Positions 39,108 to 47,350 of a stretch of 64,000 nt of DNA are shown piece after piece; position 1 is the stretch's first letter, and every line of letters begins with the position of its first letter. A program made the translations under genes and the position numbers. Location of the stretch: the NCBI GenBank assembly GCA_024635455.1, contig JAGXIU010000003.1, positions 3,966 through 67,965 of the forward strand, given 5' to 3'. The notes beneath the pieces were generated by a model. The model searched no databases. It was given only the letters and a program-made list of their open reading frames with translations, and was not told the origin of the DNA. The stretch is from Candidatus Saccharimonadota bacterium. Its GTDB lineage: Bacteria; Patescibacteriota; Saccharimonadia; Saccharimonadales; SLHW01.

Positions 39108-39563
39108 TTGTAAACGCCGTAAAGGTGATTTACGCACCTTATATCCCCCATTCTAGCAATTATGTTGCTAGAAAACATTGTTAGATTGTTTTAGAGCACG
39201 CCTGCAAACGTCATAATACGTCTTACCCTCCACGTGTATGAATATGCATGCATTCTGTCGAGCGTTTTTGCTCAATACAATACATGCTCTAAAACAAACT
39301 AACCCCTTTAACGCCCCAGCTCTTTTTATAAGGAGTCGGGTGCCAGGAGTCTTTGAGAGACGACCGGCCCAAACAAAATGGTGAATATACAGTATTCCGT
39401 CGTTTACGTGCGGAGGCGCGGGCGATGAGTAAATCTATCGCAATCCGACGCTTCACCGGGGTGGGTTGAAGGGAATGTGCGAGGCATTGGCGTTTTAATA
39501 ACGTTCAATGCCTCATGAAACGAGCTTCTAGCGGTGCCCACCCCCTCTAGAAGCTCGTTTTTT
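39108..39563 (+). ncRNA. Putative large structured non-coding RNA of unassigned class
   Basis: Own promoter and terminator, at least 8 helices including long-range stems, G-U pairs favour the + strand, no convincing ORF. Confidence 0.7.
39518..39563 (+). terminator. Intrinsic terminator (possibly bidirectional with pth)
   Basis: 14-bp perfect stem AAACGAGCTTCTAG/CTAGAAGCTCGTTT followed by a T tract. Confidence 0.85.
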
Positions 39564-39565
39564 GT

Positions 39566-40204
39566 TTAGAGAATATTACGCGTTTCTTTTGGTAGCGGCG
39601 ATCCGCTGAAGATGTACTCAGTTAGGATTGCTGTGGTCTCTTTTATTATACTGGGTAATACTTCTTGCTCGTCTTTACTGAATCGGCTAAGTACAAAACG
39701 CGAAGTGTCTTCTACTAGCTCTTCCCTGCCGATGCCAACCCGAACCCTGCCAAATTCTGAACCGATAGCATCAATAATAGACGTAACGCCGTTGTGTCCG
39801 GCCGACGATCCACCGACTTGTGTTCGTATTTGCCCAAGTTGTACATCCTTATCGTCGTATATAACGATAATGTTGCTGGGTGATATTTTATAAAATTGAG
39901 CTACCGAGGCTGTGGCATCGCCGCTCTTGTTCATATAAGTCGTTGGCTTGATTAGAATAATCTGGTTATTTGCGAGCTGCTGGTTAGCTATATCAGAACG
40001 CTGGTCACTCTTATGGCTCCATTTTGGAAAGTCGTGCTCAATTGCAAATGCGTCAACGCAGCTAAAACCAATATTGTGCCGCGTCCCGTCGTATTTTTTT
40101 TCTGGGTTGCCAAGCCCAATTACTAGAAATCGGTTATCGCCGATACCAGTTGTATAAAGCGGGAGGCTGCTACTTAGTTGGGGTTTCTTTTGCAGTAAGG
40201 CCAT
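39566..40204 (-). CDS. pth: Peptidyl-tRNA hydrolase
   Basis: GLGNP..Y..TRHNIGF, KPTTYMNKSG, GSSAGHNG, RVRVGIG. Confidence 0.96.
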   Translation of the reverse strand: MALLQKKPQLSSSLPLYTTGIGDNRFLVIGLGNPEKKYDGTRHNIGFSCVDAFAIEHDFPKWSHKSDQRSDIANQQLANNQIILIKPTTYMNKSGDATASVAQFYKISPSNIIVIYDDKDVQLGQIRTQVGGSSAGHNGVTSIIDAIGSEFGRVRVGIGREELVEDTSRFVLSRFSKDEQEVLPSIIKETTAILTEYIFSGSPLPKETRNIL

Positions 40205-40231
40205 CTAGATACAGCATACTACAGGTTGTGA

Positions 40232-41557
40232 TTATTTTTCTCGATTGGTTTTTCCATCGAAGAACCAAAAACGTATCGCGACACCTTCATAGCCGAAGCG
40301 TTCTCGAAACTCTCGTTCCATAAATCGCTTATAACTCCAGTGAAGAAGCCGAGTTTGCTTGCCAAAGACTTTAAAATTGGTCGGATTATCATCTTCTTGA
40401 ATCATATACTGTAGCCGAGGCTGTGAATTTTTCAGTCCTGCTGGTGGGTGTTTTTCACAGACTTCCCGTAGCCAACGGTTGAGCTCAGGTGTCTTAATGC
40501 GCTGTTGTTGGTTGTTGTAAAGTTCAGTAATCAGACTGAATAATTTCGTAACGTTTTGGCCGTCAACACTACTGGTAAATATCAAAGGTGCCCATGGCAC
40601 AAAGTCAAACTCTCGTTGCAAACGCGCTGCAATTTGATCGCGCGTGTAGGCATCTTTTTCTAGACTGTCCCACTTGCTTATAACTAATACTAGTCCCCGA
40701 TTTGCCTCTTTAACCATGCCAGCTATCTTTTGATCAAGCGCCACAGCTGGCTCATTTGCATCGATGACCAACAGACAGATATCAGCTGATTCGATTGCGG
40801 CGATGCTTCTGAGTACGCTGAATTTTTCGACGCCTTTTTCAATCTTACCTGGCTTTCTGATGCCGGCAGTATCAGCTAGTTCTATGGAGCGGTTTTCATA
40901 ACGAACACTCGTTTTATTAACATCTCTTGTTGTGCCTGCTACGTCAGCGACCAATGCTTGTTGTTTTTTTGCGAGCGCATTAAACAAGCTTGATTTGCCA
41001 ACGTTCGGTCGACCAATCAGTGAAGCTCGAATGACATCGTGTTCTGTATTGTCTTGTTTTTTCGGTATCTCCTCTATAAGTACATCGAGTAGATCGGCAA
41101 TACCTGATCGTTGTGTTGTGCTCGTCATGACAATTGGCGTGATGCCAAGTGAGCGATAATCTTCAGGAGTTGCCCGCGGTGTTTTGTCGGCTTTGTTGAC
41201 AACCAACATAACCTGCTTCTTACTTTTCAGTGCGGTCTTGGCTACGCGCCGGTCCTCGCTAGTAATAGGCGTATCGGCCTCAATCACTACCCAAATAATA
41301 TCAGCGCTAATCGAAGCTTCCTTGATCTGGTCCTGAATCGTAAGCTCGAATTCATCTTCAGCTGGTTTCATGCCAGCGGTATCGATTAACCAGAAGTGAT
41401 GATTCTGGTATTGGGCTCGTTCCCATATGGCATCACGAGTGGTTCCAGCCTCACGGGCTACGATGGTTTCTCTCTTGCCGATTACAACATTAAACAAGCT
41501 TGATTTGCCTACATTGGCACGTCCAACAATAGCTACGATAGGTAGTCGATTCTTCAT
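40232..41557 (-). CDS. der: Ribosome biogenesis GTPase Der (EngA)
   Basis: Two tandem G domains (GRANVGKSS, GRPNVGKSS, GTTRD, DTAG) plus KH-like C-terminus. Confidence 0.97.
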   Translation of the reverse strand: MKNRLPIVAIVGRANVGKSSLFNVVIGKRETIVAREAGTTRDAIWERAQYQNHHFWLIDTAGMKPAEDEFELTIQDQIKEASISADIIWVVIEADTPITSEDRRVAKTALKSKKQVMLVVNKADKTPRATPEDYRSLGITPIVMTSTTQRSGIADLLDVLIEEIPKKQDNTEHDVIRASLIGRPNVGKSSLFNALAKKQQALVADVAGTTRDVNKTSVRYENRSIELADTAGIRKPGKIEKGVEKFSVLRSIAAIESADICLLVIDANEPAVALDQKIAGMVKEANRGLVLVISKWDSLEKDAYTRDQIAARLQREFDFVPWAPLIFTSSVDGQNVTKLFSLITELYNNQQQRIKTPELNRWLREVCEKHPPAGLKNSQPRLQYMIQEDDNPTNFKVFGKQTRLLHWSYKRFMEREFRERFGYEGVAIRFWFFDGKTNREK

Positions 41558-41592
41558 ATTCTATCTATTATCCCAAAAAAATTGCTCAGGTG

Positions 41593-42279
41593 CTAATATT
41601 CCGCCTTATTTAATCCATTTATGAGCTCATATGAGCCTACAGGAAGCTTGTTTAGCTTATAATCGCCGAATGATATGCGGTGTAGCTTCTGGACCTTGTA
41701 ACCGAGCGCTGCAAAGGTTTTTCTGATTTGCCGGTTTCTGCCCTCTTCTAGTGTTGCCTGCCATTGTCTTCCTGCTTTATCAAGTGGCCGCAGCTGAAAG
41801 CTGCTCGGTCTATTATCGCCAATATTAACACCCGTTGTTGCTATCGTTTTGTTGTCCGAGCTCTCTAGCGGCTTATTTATGGCTACCTTATAGACTTTTT
41901 GTTTTTTGTAGCGTGGATGGGTTAGCTGGTTTGAAAAGTGGCCATCATTGGTTAATAAAAGTAACCCCGAACTATCTTTATCGAGTCGACCAACTGGCTT
42001 TAGATCACTGAATTCTTTTGGGATGAGGTCATAAATAGTACTACTGCCCTGTCCATTCCGTGAACATACGTATCCAATTGGCTTATGGAGCATAATCGTT
42101 TGTGATTTTGCTGGGGGTTTTATAGCTTTGCCTTCGAGCTGTACAACGTCGCCAGGCTCTATGCTCTGCCCGATTTGAGGGAGAGCTCCGTTTACCTTGA
42201 CTGCGCCATTCTGAATGCGCTTATCGACAGTTCTACGTCCGAGACCAGTCGCTTTAGCTATGTATGAATTAATACGCAC
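41593..42279 (-). CDS. RsuA/RluB-family pseudouridine synthase
   Basis: S4 domain, VGRLDKDSSGLLLLTNDG, EGRNRQIR. Confidence 0.93.
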   Translation of the reverse strand: MRINSYIAKATGLGRRTVDKRIQNGAVKVNGALPQIGQSIEPGDVVQLEGKAIKPPAKSQTIMLHKPIGYVCSRNGQGSSTIYDLIPKEFSDLKPVGRLDKDSSGLLLLTNDGHFSNQLTHPRYKKQKVYKVAINKPLESSDNKTIATTGVNIGDNRPSSFQLRPLDKAGRQWQATLEEGRNRQIRKTFAALGYKVQKLHRISFGDYKLNKLPVGSYELINGLNKAEY

Positions 42280-42320
42280 AATACGTACTAGGATAACAGG
42301 TTATGTGCAGCAAGTTGATC

Positions 42321-43787
42321 TTAAAGGGCTATATTGTTCGGGTCATCGTTGCCTGGAGCCGGTGTGTTCTGGTTTTGGCCACCAGGTTGAATTACGTTTC
42401 CAGGGCTTGTGTTATTTGGATCTTGGTTGGGGCTCGGCGGTGTCGTGGTTTGGCCATTCGGTGATACTACTGATGAGGCTGGGAGAGGTGATTGTTGGTT
42501 ATTCTTCTCGTCTTCTTGGTTGGCAAGGTCGTTAATGTTGGCTTTGTTATCTGGTGAGCTTGGTAGTGGTTGGATCACTCTCTGACCACCAGCTGCACTT
42601 GGTGCAGTATTGTTCGGGTCTTCCTGTTTAGGCGGAGCTGGCTGCGGTTGCGGTTGTTGTTGTGGTTCGGGCACAGGAGCTGGTTGTGCAGGTGGTGGTG
42701 TGCTCTGGTTAGTAGTGTTGTCTTCTGGCGCTTGTTTTACATTGAGTGTTGGTGTGGTGCTTGCTGCATTGGCAAGAGTTACACCGCTACCTTGATCGAG
42801 CTCTGCCTCGGGCTGTTGCTGTGGTTCAGCTTTCTTCTCTGGTTCTGGCTGAGGGGGCTCGTTACTCTGTAGTTGGTTTTTGACAAAATCATCTATTTTA
42901 GCGTCGACGGCTTGTTCTTCTTCAGCTGTTGTTTGGGCATTATCAGTCGATGGGCTAGCAACAGGATTTGTTGGCTGGGTTGTACTCTGCGGTGCGGGAG
43001 TCGGCTGCTGAGCTTGAGAGCTCGTGTTGTCAGCTTGTTGTGTGGCGTCATCATCCTGAGCAGGTTGTGTTGACGGTGGACTTTGGTTCGTTGCCGTATC
43101 TGCTGCTGGAGCTTGAGTCTGAGCGCTTTGATCACCCTGAACTGGCGTACTGTCGGTATTTACTTCTGGCATAACTGCTGTTGGCGCTGGAGGTGGAGCT
43201 TGATTTTGTGCTGGCTCGTTTGGCTGCACTGGGGTTTCTGGTGGACTTTGGTTCGTTGCCGTATCTGCTGCTGGAGCTTGAGTCTGAGCGCTTTGATCAC
43301 TCTGTTCTGGTTCAACTGTATTTGCGGGTGCTGGTGTTGGCTCTTCCGCGGCTTGTCGATCTGCTGTTTCCTGAGCGGGCTGGCTCGCTTGATTTTCCTC
43401 AGTATCGCTTGCCTCAGACGTGCCGTTTAAGAGTTCATCAGCGACGCGCGCAACGTCTTCTAGGGTAACCTGTGATTTGACTAGGTATTTGTTAGCGCCA
43501 AGTTTATCTGCTCGTTCTTTGTCCTCAGCTTGTGAAAGTGCGGTCATCATGACGACTTTCGTGTTTTCGATTCCCGGTGTACTCCGGAGAATATCAAGCA
43601 TGTCAAAGCCACTGATTTTCGGCATCATCACATCGGATATAATAAGATCTGGTTTTTCTTTGGTTGCCAGCGCGAGTGCTTCTTCGCCGTCTTTGGCTGA
43701 AATAATTTGATAGCCCTCGGCGAGCAAACGAGCTTCATAGATTTCTCGTAGGTTGTTGTCGTCTTCGACGAGCATTATTTTTGACAT
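42321..43787 (-). CDS. Response regulator receiver with long disordered P/Q/T/N-rich tail
   Basis: KIMLVEDD, SDVMMP, YLVKSQ, then ~365 aa of low complexity. Confidence 0.88.
   Translation of the reverse strand: MSKIMLVEDDNNLREIYEARLLAEGYQIISAKDGEEALALATKEKPDLIISDVMMPKISGFDMLDILRSTPGIENTKVVMMTALSQAEDKERADKLGANKYLVKSQVTLEDVARVADELLNGTSEASDTEENQASQPAQETADRQAAEEPTPAPANTVEPEQSDQSAQTQAPAADTATNQSPPETPVQPNEPAQNQAPPPAPTAVMPEVNTDSTPVQGDQSAQTQAPAADTATNQSPPSTQPAQDDDATQQADNTSSQAQQPTPAPQSTTQPTNPVASPSTDNAQTTAEEEQAVDAKIDDFVKNQLQSNEPPQPEPEKKAEPQQQPEAELDQGSGVTLANAASTTPTLNVKQAPEDNTTNQSTPPPAQPAPVPEPQQQPQPQPAPPKQEDPNNTAPSAAGGQRVIQPLPSSPDNKANINDLANQEDEKNNQQSPLPASSVVSPNGQTTTPPSPNQDPNNTSPGNVIQPGGQNQNTPAPGNDDPNNIAL
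43075..43300. repeat. Perfect 61-bp direct repeat (43075-43135 and 43240-43300)
   Basis: Identical copies encoding DQSAQTQAPAADTATNQSPP. Confidence 0.95.
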
Positions 43788-43886
43788 GTTGCTGGTTGCT
43801 CCTTCGTAAATACTAGCATAATGCTTATGTTAGTTGTATTGTACCATGATTTATTCCGTATACGCGACCATTTAAGAGCTTGGGGA

Positions 43887-45611
43887 TTACTTTTGATTTG
43901 TCATTGCTTCCTGTGAGGAAATCCTCGGTAGGTTTATGTAAAAGGTGCTTCCCTCGCCTACTTTGCTTTCTACCCATATTCGGCCATTGTAGATTTCTAT
44001 AATTTTTCGGCAAATAAATAAGCCAAGACCCGTGCCGCCAATGGTACGAGTCGCAGAATTGTCTACTCGGTAGAACTTTTGGAACAGGTGAGGTACATCC
44101 TCGGCTGGTATGCCTGGGCCGGTATCTTTAATGAATAGTTGAATGATGTCGTTGTTGCCAGTCAGGCCGATTGAGATTTTGCCCGACTCAGTGTATTTCA
44201 CCGCGTTGTCAAATAAGTTGGTTATAACCTCACTAAGCCTGTCCGGGTCAGCCATCGCGTAGTAGAGAGGTTTTATTGTCTTTCCGCCGGCCACAGATCC
44301 ATCAGCGTCTGTATTCTCAGCAGAGCCAACTACAACATCAACCAACAGGCCCTTCTTCTCTGCTGTAAATCGCAGATCATCGGCTAATTTTTCTATGTAT
44401 TCACCAATCTCTACAACTGTCGGGTGGCTGACTAGTCGGCCATCTTCGGCTTTTGCGCTGGTTAATAAGTCCTGGAACAGTTTCCCGAGGTGTTTCGTAC
44501 TGGAATAAGCCTTGTTTAGGTAGTTTCTGGCGCTATTATCAATTTTGCTTACCTTTTCGTTCAGGGCGAGTGCGAGGTACCCTTCAATTGCAGCTACCGG
44601 TGTGCGCATTTCGTGGCTTGCAGTACTAATAAAGTCTGCGCGCCGAGCCTCTTCTTCTCTAGCGGCACTGACATCACGTACGACCGCGACAGCTCCAGCC
44701 AGCTCTTCGTTGCCAGGAATATTTATTGGAGAAACAGCTATCGATACTGTGCGTTTTTTGTCATCTCTGCCAATCAGTTGAGCGATCTTTTCGATAGATT
44801 GTCGGCTTGCTAGTACTTGAGTAAATATATTTTCTTGTTCAGGTATCTCTTTGCCATCTTCTTCGCGTAGATCCATGACTGTCTTCACATCAATATTGGC
44901 TGACTCATCAACTGGCCATCCAGTCATTTCAGCTGCCGCTGGGTTAGTGATCGAAATCTTTCCTTTGGTGTCTGTTACAACAATACCATCAGTTATTGAC
45001 TGAATGAGGACGTCAGAAAGCTGCTGACGACTTTTCAATTGTCCGGTTAAGCGCTCGACCTCGACATCTTTTGGATCGACATAAAAACGTCGCCAAACAA
45101 ACCAACTTACATACGACAATACATAGGTACCGACCAGGACGATTATTCCTCGAGTATCCAGTAAGGGTTTTGATTCGTTCACGCCATTGAAGGCAGATAC
45201 TTTCAGTAAGACAAAATAAAACGTCATAATGAATGAAGGTGCTGCCGCTATGGCTGGTCCAAGTATGCCACCCAGAAGACAAATTATTGCCCATACTAAT
45301 ACCCAATCAGAGTGTAGTCCTCCGCTAGCATGCATTAGGCTCACAACATTAAGGGTAAGCAGAGCCCCGAGGATTGCCGGTGGGAGGTGTCGGCTTGTCC
45401 GCTCTGCAAAAGCGTAGAATGCCAGGCCAAAAACAATTGCAATAAAAGCAATACCAGCCTGCAGTGGAGTAATTGCTGTCAGTAAATCGAGAAAATCAGG
45501 AAAGCGGTCGCTATACACAAATTGAGCACCAAATGCGACGAGTAGAAGACCTTGTATGCCGATTGTTGTGTATTTGTATAAATGTAGCCAGCGTTCGCTT
45601 GCAATATGCAT
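43887..45611 (-). CDS. Membrane PAS-domain sensor histidine kinase (start uncertain)
   Basis: Multi-TM N-terminus, PAS, ASHEMRTP, NLFDNAVKY, DTGPGI, GGTGLGL. Confidence 0.94.
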   Translation of the reverse strand: MHIASERWLHLYKYTTIGIQGLLLVAFGAQFVYSDRFPDFLDLLTAITPLQAGIAFIAIVFGLAFYAFAERTSRHLPPAILGALLTLNVVSLMHASGGLHSDWVLVWAIICLLGGILGPAIAAAPSFIMTFYFVLLKVSAFNGVNESKPLLDTRGIIVLVGTYVLSYVSWFVWRRFYVDPKDVEVERLTGQLKSRQQLSDVLIQSITDGIVVTDTKGKISITNPAAAEMTGWPVDESANIDVKTVMDLREEDGKEIPEQENIFTQVLASRQSIEKIAQLIGRDDKKRTVSIAVSPINIPGNEELAGAVAVVRDVSAAREEEARRADFISTASHEMRTPVAAIEGYLALALNEKVSKIDNSARNYLNKAYSSTKHLGKLFQDLLTSAKAEDGRLVSHPTVVEIGEYIEKLADDLRFTAEKKGLLVDVVVGSAENTDADGSVAGGKTIKPLYYAMADPDRLSEVITNLFDNAVKYTESGKISIGLTGNNDIIQLFIKDTGPGIPAEDVPHLFQKFYRVDNSATRTIGGTGLGLFICRKIIEIYNGRIWVESKVGEGSTFYINLPRISSQEAMTNQK

Positions 45612-45740
45612 TTTGTGAACAGCCCACCTGTCGTTATGGTTTATAAGCTTAAACACGATTATACGTTAAAAACCGACATTTTTACATGGTATATCTGGGA
45701 AAATTACCTACAACTGTGGTAGTATAGGGCTCGAACTTAT

Positions 45741-45815
45741 GGCCTCATCGTCTAACGGCTAGGACACCAGGTTCTCATCCTGGCAATCGGGGTTCGATTC
45801 CCCGTGAGGTCACCA
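45741..45815 (+). tRNA. tRNA-Glu (CTC)
   Basis: Cloverleaf; anticodon arm CCAGG-TTCTCAT-CCTGG; GGTTCGATTCC; encoded CCA. Confidence 0.97.
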
Positions 45816-45976
45816 ATGAAAGTGCCCCACCTTGTGTGGGGTTTTTTCATTGGTGCGTTCCATGCAATGGAACAATCGAACACCCAGGTTCGAAGACAAG
45901 GAGCTCACGCAGATGCTTGCATCGAGTAAGCTCCGCAGGCGCATCGACTGAAAGGAGATATTCCCCGTGAGGTCAC
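45816..45976 (+). repeat. tRNA-linked element ending in a duplicated tRNA 3' end
   Basis: ATTCCCCGTGAGGTCAC at 45797 and 45960; core CGCAGATGCTTGCATCGAG shared with the tRNA-Ser element. Confidence 0.8.
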
Positions 45977-46094
45977 GCGCAGAAGTTTACTTCGAGCATG
46001 GCAAAGCAATCTTTCCTCCTCTTCTCATCCTGGCAATATCGCCAAAAATGAAGGATGCTACACTAGTGTTATACTGAAGCGTAAGGAGAATGCT

Positions 46095-46802
46095 ATGAAA
46101 TTAAATCAAAAGGGCTATAGCGTAATCGAAATAGTACTCGTATTAGTTATAGTTGGGTTAATCGGAACAGTTGGGTGGCTGGTATACGATCGCCAAAATA
46201 ATAAAGCAGAAAATAATGAGACCACTAACGCACGACAGGCAGAAGATGATGAGACTACCAGCGCACAACAGGTAGAAGATGATGATTCCCGAGAAACCAC
46301 TAAGGAGTCTGACTATAAGACGCATGATGGTATCAAATATACAGTGCCAACAGATTGGGTAGGTGCTAAGGGGCCATTCAAAGATTCTGAAATAGAGGTC
46401 GGTGGTCAATATCTCCTAAGTCCTGATTACGAGGAAGCTGGTGGAGGACAACTATTCATAGAGGCCGGTGCTTATATAAACTTTCAGAAACTTGAGTGGG
46501 CTGGTATAGATAAAAACACTTCGGTAGAACAGGCCGCAAGTGTCGTAAAAAATGGTGAAGGCGGTTATCTTGACTCGGATTCAGTAGAGGTATCAAAAGT
46601 AGGAGATGTTCAGGTTGTCATGTTTGACGCTGGGCATACGACTGACGGTGTAACCGTATTTTATAAAACATCTAACGGTCAGTGGTTGGACGCAAGTTTC
46701 AGCACCACAACAGGCGGTGACGGAAACTATAATGCTCAAGACAGCCCACACTATAAGACCTTTCTTGCGTGGCTAGAGTTATTCACTGAACTTAACTCAT
46801 AG
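46095..46802 (+). CDS. Type IV prepilin-like protein
   Basis: NQKG|YSVIE class III signal peptide followed by a hydrophobic helix; AAGGAG RBS. Confidence 0.85.
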   Translation: MKLNQKGYSVIEIVLVLVIVGLIGTVGWLVYDRQNNKAENNETTNARQAEDDETTSAQQVEDDDSRETTKESDYKTHDGIKYTVPTDWVGAKGPFKDSEIEVGGQYLLSPDYEEAGGGQLFIEAGAYINFQKLEWAGIDKNTSVEQAASVVKNGEGGYLDSDSVEVSKVGDVQVVMFDAGHTTDGVTVFYKTSNGQWLDASFSTTTGGDGNYNAQDSPHYKTFLAWLELFTELNS

Positions 46803-46891
46803 CACAACATTGGCCATCAGTCTTAGCTAGTAATCTATTCCAGCGTATAATCTTGTGACAGAATAAGCTCTATTCCCCCGTGAAGGATAAA

Positions 46892-46923
46892 TAAACCCGA
46901 CAATCTATAGTGTGTCGGGTTTA
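46892..46923. repeat. REP-like palindrome, copy 1
   Basis: TAAACCCGACA-N10-TGTCGGGTTTA; near-identical to 62512-62545. Confidence 0.75.
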
Positions 46924-46943
46924 GCCAGTTTTACGATTTTGTG

Positions 46944-47345
46944 TTAGCCAACGCCATTAAGAAACTCAACCAGTTGCTTAGGGGTAATCTCAGCTTTAAT
47001 AATATAAGCATCTGCTTGACGTTCAATAGCTGTCTTGTTTTCTTCGCTTTGCTCTAAGTTTGTGGTGACGATTATTTTCGCCCGAATTGGTTTCTCTGCC
47101 TTATCGCGTAGTTTTTCCAGTATCTCCGTCCCAGTAATTGTAGGCACCATGATATCGAGTAGGATAATATCGTAGGCATCGGTTTGAGCCTTCTGTAGAC
47201 CAGCGGCGCCGTCAATCGTTAAATCAACTTCATAACCAGCTCGTTTGAGTGCTCGGACATACAGCTCACTAATGAAGTACTCGTCCTCAATGATGAGTAC
47301 TTTTCTGCTGATTTGTTCGGCTGGTGCTGTTTGTTCTTGGTCCAT
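46944..47345 (-). CDS. Single-domain response regulator
   Basis: VLIIEDE, ILLDIMVP, YIIKA. Confidence 0.92.
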   Translation of the reverse strand: MDQEQTAPAEQISRKVLIIEDEYFISELYVRALKRAGYEVDLTIDGAAGLQKAQTDAYDIILLDIMVPTITGTEILEKLRDKAEKPIRAKIIVTTNLEQSEENKTAIERQADAYIIKAEITPKQLVEFLNGVG

Positions 47346-47350
47346 CGTCG

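Noticed and set aside
39188..39295. GTTTTAGAGC / GCTCTAAAAC resembles the start of a type II-A CRISPR repeat or tracrRNA anti-repeat
   Set aside because: Only one inverted pair forming a stem; no spaced direct repeats and no cas genes in the window.
39238..39384. 48-codon ORF (MNMHAFCRAF...) inside the putative ncRNA
   Set aside because: No RBS, runs through strong helices, and the composition is not protein-like.
39390..39450. Group II intron domain V/VI-like look (ACGTGCGGAGG...ATCCGAC)
   Set aside because: No AGC/CGC catalytic triad in a 34-nt domain V, no GUGYG 5' end at a plausible position, no interrupted gene and no RT.
42570..43710. Several Cys/Trp-rich + strand ORFs
   Set aside because: Shadow frames of the low-complexity receiver tail on the - strand.
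45816..46900. Prophage or integrative element at tRNA-Glu
   Set aside because: No integrase or phage genes; the repeats enclose only ~0.16-1 kb.
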